Shown here piece after piece: positions 28,964-36,427 of a stretch of 64,000 nucleotides of DNA (its first letter is position 1; every line of letters starts with the position of its first letter). The DNA lies in NCBI GenBank assembly GCA_017412645.1, contig JAFPWX010000023.1, positions 3,770 to 67,769 on the forward strand, written 5' to 3'. Under the pieces are notes generated by a model. It saw only the letters and a program-made list of their open reading frames with translations, was not told the DNA's origin and did not search any database. The DNA is from Bacteroidales bacterium. Lineage in GTDB: Bacteria > Bacteroidota > Bacteroidia > Bacteroidales > UBA932. A program made the position numbers and the translations under genes.

Positions 28964-30763
28964 ATGGAAATCCGCAATATAGCTCTCATCGCGCACGTCG
29001 ACCATGGTAAGACTACTATGGTCGACCGCATGATTTATCAGGCGAACCTGGTACGCCAGCCCGAGAATCTGGGCCAGCTCATTCTCGACAGCAACGACCT
29101 CGAGCGCGAAAGGGGCATCACCATTCTCGCAAAGAACGTCTCCGTAACATACAAGGGAGTCAAGATCAACATCATAGACACTCCGGGCCACAGCGATTTC
29201 GGCGGCGAAGTGGAGCGCGTGCTCAACATGGCCGACGGCGTGCTGCTGCTGGTCGACGCCTTCGAGGGCTGCATGCCCCAGACCCGATTCGTGCTGCAGA
29301 AGGCACTCGGCATGGGCAAGAAGCCCATAGTGGTCATCAACAAGGTGGACAAGCCCGGCTGCCGACCCGACGAGGTGCAGGAAGAGGTGTTCGACCTCAT
29401 GTTCAACCTCGGCGCCACGGAGGAGCAGCTCGACTTCCAGACCGTCTTCGGCAGCGCCAAGCAGGGCTGGATGGGTCCCGACTGGCAGAACCCCACCGGA
29501 GACATCTCCTATCTGCTGGATACCATACTTTCGGAGATCCCTGCCCCGCAGATCGTGGAAGGCACCCCGCAGATGCTCATCTCTTCGCTCGAATACTCCC
29601 CCTATGTGGGCCGTATCGCTGTTGGCAAGATTACCCGCGGTTCTCTGAAGAGCGGGCAGATGGTCACCCTCTGCAAGCGCTACGACATACAGCAGAAATG
29701 CAAGGTAAAGCAGCTCATGGACTTCGAAGGCCTGGGCAAGCGCGAGGTGGCCGAAGTGCAGTGCGGCGACATCTGCGCAGTGGTAGGCATCGACGGTTTT
29801 GAGATTGGCGACACCATAGCCGATCCCGAAACTCCGGAGGCCCTTCCGCCCATCGCCGTGGACGAGCCCACCATGAGCATGCTCTTCACCATCAACAACT
29901 CCCCCTTCTTCGGCAAGGACGGCAAATTCGTCACCTCCCGCCACATCAAGGAGCGTCTGGACCACGAACTCGAAAAGAACCTGGCCCTTCGGGTGAAGCC
30001 CGGGGTGAACGCCGATTCGTTCGTAGTGTACGGTCGCGGTGTACTGCATCTTTCAGTACTTATCGAGACGATGCGCCGCGAGGGCTTCGAACTTCAGGTC
30101 GGGCAGCCGAAGGTGCTGGACAAGACCATTGACGGCAAGCGCTGCGAACCTATCGAGGAACTCTCCATCGAAGTGCCGGAGCAGTTCGTGGGAGCCGCCA
30201 TCGAGATGAGCACCCGCCGCAAGGGAGCCCTGGTTCACATGGAACCCCGCGGCGACCGCACCCTGCTCGAGTTCGAGATTCCCACCCGCGGCCTCATGGG
30301 TCTGCGCAGCAATCTGCTCACAGCAACGCAGGGAGAGGCCGTCATCGCCCATCGCTACAAGGAATATCAGCCCTATAAGGGAGACATCGAAGGCCGCAGC
30401 AACGGCGCCCTCGTGAGTCTGGAAACCGGCGAAAGCATAGCCTATTCCATGAACAAGCTGCTGGACCGCGGACGCTTCTTCATCGACCCGGGTGAAGAAA
30501 TCTACGGCGGCCAGGTAGTTGGCGAGCACACCCGCGAGAGGGACCTCAACATCAACATCTGCAAGACCAAGAAGCTCACCAACGTGCGTGCCGCCGGCTC
30601 CGACGAGAAGATCGTGCTGCCCCCGCCGGTTCGCATGAGCCTCGAGGAAATGCTGGAATATATACGGGAAGACGAGATGGTGGAAATCACTCCCCATCAC
30701 CTCCGTATGCGCAAGATACTGCTGGATCCGCTGCAGCGTAAAAGAAACAGCGACAACGAATAG
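28964..30763 (+). CDS. typA: Translational GTPase TypA/BipA
   Basis: AHVDHGKTT, RERGITILAK, DTPGHSDFGGEVER, NKVD, GRGVLHLSVLIETMRREG. Confidence 0.96.
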   Translation: MEIRNIALIAHVDHGKTTMVDRMIYQANLVRQPENLGQLILDSNDLERERGITILAKNVSVTYKGVKINIIDTPGHSDFGGEVERVLNMADGVLLLVDAFEGCMPQTRFVLQKALGMGKKPIVVINKVDKPGCRPDEVQEEVFDLMFNLGATEEQLDFQTVFGSAKQGWMGPDWQNPTGDISYLLDTILSEIPAPQIVEGTPQMLISSLEYSPYVGRIAVGKITRGSLKSGQMVTLCKRYDIQQKCKVKQLMDFEGLGKREVAEVQCGDICAVVGIDGFEIGDTIADPETPEALPPIAVDEPTMSMLFTINNSPFFGKDGKFVTSRHIKERLDHELEKNLALRVKPGVNADSFVVYGRGVLHLSVLIETMRREGFELQVGQPKVLDKTIDGKRCEPIEELSIEVPEQFVGAAIEMSTRRKGALVHMEPRGDRTLLEFEIPTRGLMGLRSNLLTATQGEAVIAHRYKEYQPYKGDIEGRSNGALVSLETGESIAYSMNKLLDRGRFFIDPGEEIYGGQVVGEHTRERDLNINICKTKKLTNVRAAGSDEKIVLPPPVRMSLEEMLEYIREDEMVEITPHHLRMRKILLDPLQRKRNSDNE

Positions 30764-30820
30764 AGCGCCGCGGATTTTTCCCGTCGACCCATTGTTTAAT
30801 TAGAGAAAAATTTGCTAACT

Positions 30821-31210
30821 TTGCAGCCCTTTGTAGTTGAACTGCGGACACTCCGCACCGGAAATTCCGAATTTACCTGGAAAGCCGGGCGGCAGTTCTT
30901 TGAAGAATTCGGCGATTCAGGCATACTGGACGCGGATATTACCGTTACCGCGGTGGTGAGCAACCACGGACTTACCATCGGCGTCAAGGCTGCTATAGCC
31001 GGCAGCGTAACGGTTCCCTGCGACCGCTGTCTGGAGAACCTCGCAATACCGGTGGACTCTTCGTTCGAGGAAAGTTACACTCCCGAGTCCAACATTCTGG
31101 ACATCAGCCAGGAAGTGTACGATTACGTGCTCACATCCCTCCCGATGGTCCGGGTCCACCCAGAAGGCGAATGCAACGGCGAAACCACAAAGTATTTGGA
31201 AGAACAATAA
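30821..31210 (+). CDS. YceD/DUF177 family protein (start uncertain)
   Basis: CDRCLE motif and LPMVRVHPEGECN; position directly upstream of rpmF. Confidence 0.8.
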   Translation: MQPFVVELRTLRTGNSEFTWKAGRQFFEEFGDSGILDADITVTAVVSNHGLTIGVKAAIAGSVTVPCDRCLENLAIPVDSSFEESYTPESNILDISQEVYDYVLTSLPMVRVHPEGECNGETTKYLEEQ

Positions 31211-31229
31211 ATATTAAAAGTATACAACA

Positions 31230-31412
31230 ATGGCACATCCGAAACACAAATTCTCTCACCAGAGAACAGCCAAGAGGCGTACGCACGACTTCGCTCCCGT
31301 ACCTACCCTTGCAACTTGCCCGAACTGCGGCGCAACCGTCATCTACCACAGGGTATGTCCCGAGTGCGGCTACTACCGCGGACGTCAGATCATCGTAAAG
31401 GACGCGCAGTAA
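31230..31412 (+). CDS. rpmF: 50S ribosomal protein L32
   Basis: MAHPKHKFS...KRRTH, CPNCG...HRVCPECGYYRG zinc ribbon. Confidence 0.97.
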   Translation: MAHPKHKFSHQRTAKRRTHDFAPVPTLATCPNCGATVIYHRVCPECGYYRGRQIIVKDAQ

Positions 31413-31450
31413 GCGTCCCTCTGATGCCCGGCCCGCCCGGGCATTTCGAT

Positions 31451-31522
31451 GGCCCTATAGTTCAATGGATAGAACGGAGGTTTCCTAAACCTTAAATCCA
31501 GGTTCGATTCCTGGTGGGGCTA
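31451..31522 (+). tRNA. tRNA-Arg(CCT)
   Basis: GGCCCTA/TGGGGCT acceptor; anticodon arm GAGGT-TT-CCT-AA-ACCTT; GGTTCGATTCC T loop. Confidence 0.95.
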
Positions 31523-31529
31523 CAAAGCC

Positions 31530-32699
31530 ATGATACTCAGTATTCTGGACACGGACCTTTACAAGTTCTCGACGTCCAACGCTTATTTCCAGCTCTACCC
31601 TCTCGCCGAGGGCACGTTCAAGTTCAACGACCGCGCCGCCGAAGTATACGACGGCTCCTTCCTCGAAGAATTCAAGAAAGAAATCCGCAGCCTCGAGGCC
31701 CTGAGCCTCACCGAGGAGGAATTCGCCTATGTCACGGGGCGGGTCCGCTACATCCACCGCAACTACTGGGAGTGGCTCCGCGGCTTCCATTTCGAGGCCG
31801 ACAAGATCCAGGCGAGCCTCGATGCCGAAGGGCATCTCCAGATAGAGGTTACAGACCTACTGTATAAGGTAACGCTTTACGAGGTTCCGCTCCTCGCCAT
31901 CGTGGCCGAGCTTCGCAATCGCTTCAAGGGCGTTGCGCTCGATAAGGACAAGGCCTTGGCGCTGCTGGATTCCAAGCTCGACTATGCCAACGAACACGGC
32001 CTGGTGTTCTCGGAATTCGGCACCCGCAGGCGCTTCAGCGCGGATTTGCACGACGCCATCGTCGCCCATCTAAAAAAGCGCTGCAAGGTGTGCTCCGGCA
32101 CGTCCAACGTCTACTTCGCCATGAAGTACGGGCTTACCCCCATCGGCACCTTCCCGCACGAATGGGTGATGTTCCACAGCGGCGTGTTCGGCTACAAGAG
32201 GGCCAATTACCTTTCGCTGGAAGACTGGATCTCCGTATACGACGGCGCCCTTGGCACCGCCCTCATAGACACCTTCACCACCGGCTCCTTCCTTCGCACC
32301 CTCACCATGAAACAGGCAAAGCTGCTCGACGGCTTCCGCCAGGATTCGGGAGACGAGCGCATTGTGGGCGACGCCATCATCGCCCGTCTGAAAGAGTTCG
32401 GCATCGACCCGGCCACCAAGGTCATCGTCTTCAGCAATGCTCTCACCTTCCCCCGCTACAAGGACGTCGTCGACTACTTCCGCGGCCGCGTCAAGGTGAG
32501 CGCCGGCATCGGTACAAACATCACCTGCGATCCTGGCATCGAGGGCTACAAGGCCGCCAACATCGTCATGAAACTTTCCCGCTGCCGCATGAGCGCCAAG
32601 GACCCGTGGGAAAAGGTGATTAAGATCTCGGACGACACCGGCAAGCACATGGGCGACGACCACGAGTTCGAGATAGCCGCATACGAGTTGCACTTGTAA
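31530..32699 (+). CDS. pncB: Nicotinate phosphoribosyltransferase
   Basis: LDTDLYKF, SEFGTRRRFS, GTSNV, RQDSGD, AGIGTNITCD, KISDDTGKH. Confidence 0.95.
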   Translation: MILSILDTDLYKFSTSNAYFQLYPLAEGTFKFNDRAAEVYDGSFLEEFKKEIRSLEALSLTEEEFAYVTGRVRYIHRNYWEWLRGFHFEADKIQASLDAEGHLQIEVTDLLYKVTLYEVPLLAIVAELRNRFKGVALDKDKALALLDSKLDYANEHGLVFSEFGTRRRFSADLHDAIVAHLKKRCKVCSGTSNVYFAMKYGLTPIGTFPHEWVMFHSGVFGYKRANYLSLEDWISVYDGALGTALIDTFTTGSFLRTLTMKQAKLLDGFRQDSGDERIVGDAIIARLKEFGIDPATKVIVFSNALTFPRYKDVVDYFRGRVKVSAGIGTNITCDPGIEGYKAANIVMKLSRCRMSAKDPWEKVIKISDDTGKHMGDDHEFEIAAYELHL

Positions 32700-32747
32700 T
32701 CTCGATATTTATTCATATCTTTGGCAAATAACCACTATTAACCGACT

Positions 32748-33332
32748 ATGCGTAAATTATTTATTGCTTTGGCGGCCATGTTTCTGGCGTTCTCGTTCAC
32801 TTCCTGCAACGATAACGGCAAGGAGAACGAAGACGACAACGCCGCCCTCGAGATTAATGAAACCACCCTGGCTGGCACCTGGGAAGCAAGCGTGGAGCAC
32901 GACTTCGCCCAGGGCTATCCCCAGAAATGGCGCATCAAATTCGAAGGAAGCACCTATACCACATGGCATACTCATCAGACTGCCGGCGGTACCGGTGATG
33001 ATGTTCAAGGTCTCAAGACTGTGGGCAACAAGGAGCAGGGCACATGGGAATATGCAGACGGAGTTCTCACTCTTATTCCTGAGAAACAGTGGGCCTCTTT
33101 TGCAGTGGTCAATCTGAGCACCGCCAAACACGAGTATCACACTTATCATGAGGATACCATGGAATGTGACGACTGGTATGAAACCTCCGAAAGCCTTATT
33201 AAGCAAGGAGTTGCTGAAGATCTTGAAAACGGTTCGGATTGGTGGATTCACAAGTGGACATCCGTTTCCCTGACAGCCAAGACCCTTTCGGTCAAGATCA
33301 ACATGGATACCTTTAAACTCGAGAAGAAATAA
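32748..33332 (+). CDS. Surface lipoprotein, lipocalin-like (copy 1 of 3)
   Basis: Lipobox FTSC followed by acidic residues; LAGTW and GTWEY motifs; TATCTTTG at 32716. Confidence 0.75.
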   Translation: MRKLFIALAAMFLAFSFTSCNDNGKENEDDNAALEINETTLAGTWEASVEHDFAQGYPQKWRIKFEGSTYTTWHTHQTAGGTGDDVQGLKTVGNKEQGTWEYADGVLTLIPEKQWASFAVVNLSTAKHEYHTYHEDTMECDDWYETSESLIKQGVAEDLENGSDWWIHKWTSVSLTAKTLSVKINMDTFKLEKK

Positions 33333-33347
33333 TTAAAACCTATTGAT

Positions 33348-33845
33348 ATGAAAAAACTGTTTTATGCAATTGTCACCGCCTGCGCCCTTTTTGCGGTAGC
33401 ATCCTGCGGAAAGGACAAAACCGATGAATCCCTGGACGGCCGTTGGGATGTCTACACTCCCCTGCACAGTGGGCCGGAGGATTGTCAGACTTTCACGTTT
33501 ATATTTGACGGCAATAAGGTAGATGCGTATATCATTTATTGGGCACAGCGCCTCAAGGGTACGTACACCTATGCAGATAATAAATTTGATTTCAAGTTCG
33601 ATATTAACGAGGCCTGGCTGGCAGCAGTAGACGATGATTATCAGGAAACGATAGATGAAAATGTTTTCCCTTATGTCAATCCGGAAACATTGAAAACGGA
33701 GGCAGGTTATATTTGGAAAGCTATGTCGTTACAGCAATTCTCCGAAGCCGTCGAGATGCTGAAAGGATGGGAATTCGAACGCGAATCCAGCAAATCCGGA
33801 AAGGGCAGCGATGGCCACCAGAGTCTTACTTTTGTCAAGAAATAA
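33348..33845 (+). CDS. Surface lipoprotein, lipocalin-like (copy 2 of 3)
   Basis: Lipobox VASC; LDGRW and GTYTY motifs. Confidence 0.75.
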   Translation: MKKLFYAIVTACALFAVASCGKDKTDESLDGRWDVYTPLHSGPEDCQTFTFIFDGNKVDAYIIYWAQRLKGTYTYADNKFDFKFDINEAWLAAVDDDYQETIDENVFPYVNPETLKTEAGYIWKAMSLQQFSEAVEMLKGWEFERESSKSGKGSDGHQSLTFVKK

Positions 33846-33861
33846 TCAAACAACTATAGTC

Positions 33862-34347
33862 ATGAAGAAATTAGCTTACATTCTGGCCGCGATCGCCGTT
33901 CTGTTCTGCGGCTGCAACAAGGAAGACGAGTCTTCCACCTCCGAGGTCGGCAAGTGGTATGGTTACAACACTTTCGAAGACGGCTCTTACAACAAAAACG
34001 ACGTCGCCTACATGCTCGACCTTAAGGCCGACAAGAGCGCCGAATACATCATTTCGGCCTGGGGCTCCCGCTGGGAAGGGACCTACACCTATGACGGAGA
34101 GGAAGTTAAGCTTACATGGAATAAGTATTACGCACGTCCCGCAGCCATTCCTCTGAGCGAAACCGTTGATAATCCCTGTTCTCCGGAGAATATCTACAAG
34201 TTTTGGACAGAAGTTGGTGAGAAGGATGAAGGCTACCAAGCAGCCAGTGAGTTCGGAGACGTTCTCACCATCAAATTCACCTTCAAAGGCGACAAGGGAA
34301 CTATCGACATGTTCAATAAACCCTGCGTCGCCGAAAGGCAGAAATAA
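33862..34347 (+). CDS. Surface lipoprotein, lipocalin-like (copy 3 of 3)
   Basis: Lipobox FCGC-NKEDE; VGKWY and GTYTY motifs. Confidence 0.75.
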   Translation: MKKLAYILAAIAVLFCGCNKEDESSTSEVGKWYGYNTFEDGSYNKNDVAYMLDLKADKSAEYIISAWGSRWEGTYTYDGEEVKLTWNKYYARPAAIPLSETVDNPCSPENIYKFWTEVGEKDEGYQAASEFGDVLTIKFTFKGDKGTIDMFNKPCVAERQK

Positions 34348-34350
34348 GGC

Positions 34351-35140
34351 TTAGCGATTGATCCACCGCATCCCCAGGCGGTCCTTGAGCCGGGCAGGCA
34401 TAAGGGATACGATAAAGGGAACGAGGTGGTTACCGAAACCGGGGCGGAGTATTCTCCGCCCTTTTTTCATACCCCGAAGGGCCCTGCGAACAAGCCACTC
34501 CGGGCTGCGCATAATTCCAAGGCGGCGCAGCCAGAGGCGCTGCCGCTTGCCCAGACCATAGAGCCCGGTATCGATTGCCGCCGGGCAGACGGTTGTTACC
34601 GTGACTCCGTAGGGCCGCAGTTCATAAGACAGGCTGCGTCCGAAACTCGCCATATACGCCTTGCTTGCCGAATACACGGCTATTCCCGGCGCGGGGATCC
34701 ATGCAGTCATGGAAGCCACGTTAAGAATATAGCCTGTCCCGCGCTCCTTCATGCGGGACCCGAACAGCACACTAAGCTCAGTTACGGCCTTTACGTGAAT
34801 GTCCACCATGGCACTGGCCTTAGCCAGATTCTCCGGCCCCAGGTACTGCATGAAGAACATCCCGGCGTTATTTATAAGGATATCCGGGCAGATGCCCTCG
34901 GCGTCGCACCACTCCAGAACCTTTGCCGCGGCGCCGGGAGCGCAGAGGTCCATGTCCAGAGTAGCGACCTTAACCCCGAATTCGGAGCTTAGCGTCCCCG
35001 CGGCCGCAGCCAGTTCATCCGGCCTGTTGCTTACAAGGGCAAGCCCGCAGCCTTCGGAGGCCAGTTGGCGGGCATACTCCAGACCCATTCCGGAGCCGCC
35101 GCCTGTAACAATGGCAAAATGCCCCGTCGATGCCCCCCAT
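34351..35140 (-). CDS. Short-chain dehydrogenase/reductase; natural ATG is out of frame by one base
   Basis: VTGGGSGMG, LINNAG, YSASK motifs. ATG at 35140 precedes a G6 run and is one base out of frame. Confidence 0.75.
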
Positions 35141-35144
35141 GACG

Positions 35145-35172
35145 AAAAAGAGCGGCCGTTCGACCGCTCTTT
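35145..35172 (-). terminator. Intrinsic terminator of ompA
   Basis: AAAGAGCGG/CCGCTCTTT stem followed by T5 on the minus strand. Confidence 0.75.
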
Positions 35173-35194
35173 ATCGCTTGGGCTAATGCCCGAC

Positions 35195-36358
35195 TTACTG
35201 CTTCTCGATGATAACTGCACGGTTGAGTTCCGGGCTGTCGAAGATGTCGTTGGCGCCGTTGGCCTTCACGGTGAAGCGGCTGCCGTCGATTCCGAGTTCC
35301 TCGGTCATCATCTTGTAAACATAGTCTGCGCGCTGCTCGGAGAGCTGCTGGTTGCGCTTCTTGCTGCCGGTCTTGCTGTCGGCGTTTCCGCTGAGGGTGA
35401 ACTGAACGTTCTCGCCACGGGCGATGATGTTCTTGGCAACGTACTTGACGTGCTCCTTCTCCTTTGCGGTGAGCTTGGCCTGGCCGATCTCGAAGTAGGC
35501 TACGATGGGCTCGTCGAAGAGGTCGCCATAGTTGTGGCTATTGGCGAGCTCGTCTTTGAGCTTGGCGTTCTCGTCTGCGAGAGCCTTTTCGTTATCCTGA
35601 GCGGCGTTCTTTGCGGCCTCTGCTGCATCCTTGTCGGCTGCTGCCTGATCAGCGGCTGCCTTTGCGGCGGCGACTGCTGCGGTGTAAGCGGCGACTGTGG
35701 TGGCCTTGCGGGTCCAGTTGGTGCGGCCAAGAGCGTAGGTTAGACCGAGTTCAGCCTTCCAGAAGTTGTAGGTATCGTTCAGGTGGCCGATGAGCTTGCC
35801 GTCGGAAAGGATTCCGCCGAGGTCACCGAACATGCCCCACCTTTCGCTGAAGCGAAGGGTTGCGTAGATACCGGCGCCTGCACCGGTTCCGAGAACCTTG
35901 TTGGCCCTCATGAACGGAGCGAGGGAGAGGTATGGGGAGACCTCGAACTTGCGGCCTTCCTTGTAGCCCCACCATGCGTTGCAGATATTCCACATGATGT
36001 CCACGTGAGCGTAGTTGAGATTCCAGATGTCATCTTCAGGAGCGCGATAGGTCTGCATGCCGGTCCAGCCGAAACGCACACCGTAGCAAGGCTCAATCCA
36101 TTTGAGAGCGAAGAGCTCTGCGCCGAGGGCGAAACCGTTCTTGAACGGACGGCCAACCTGCCATACTCCGGGAATCCAGAGGGGACCGGAAGTGGTGGAC
36201 GGGAAGTTCCAACCAAGACCGATAACCCAGTTATCGGCGAATTTGTTGGTTTCGTAGGGACCGAAGACCTTGTTGCCGTCGGCATCCCTGTTAGTCTCCT
36301 GTGCGAAAGCTGCGATGCTTACGAGAAGAGCTGCTGCGAAAACGATAAGTTTTTTCAT
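35195..36358 (-). CDS. OmpA-family outer-membrane protein
   Basis: Signal peptide, N-terminal barrel, Ala-rich coiled-coil linker, C-terminal GNADSKTG...LSEQRA...NR; TAACTTTG box on minus at 36402-36409. Confidence 0.9.
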   Translation of the reverse strand: MKKLIVFAAALLVSIAAFAQETNRDADGNKVFGPYETNKFADNWVIGLGWNFPSTTSGPLWIPGVWQVGRPFKNGFALGAELFALKWIEPCYGVRFGWTGMQTYRAPEDDIWNLNYAHVDIMWNICNAWWGYKEGRKFEVSPYLSLAPFMRANKVLGTGAGAGIYATLRFSERWGMFGDLGGILSDGKLIGHLNDTYNFWKAELGLTYALGRTNWTRKATTVAAYTAAVAAAKAAADQAAADKDAAEAAKNAAQDNEKALADENAKLKDELANSHNYGDLFDEPIVAYFEIGQAKLTAKEKEHVKYVAKNIIARGENVQFTLSGNADSKTGSKKRNQQLSEQRADYVYKMMTEELGIDGSRFTVKANGANDIFDSPELNRAVIIEKQ

Positions 36359-36427
36359 GTTTTATTAGAAATTTTTGAGTTATTACTTTCTCTTTGAAAT
36401 GCAAAGTTATTGATTATTTTTGATAAA

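Noticed and set aside
35141-35220. ORF-track N-terminus MQLSSRSSK... for the SDR
   Set aside because: It overlaps the ompA 3' end and runs through its terminator hairpin.
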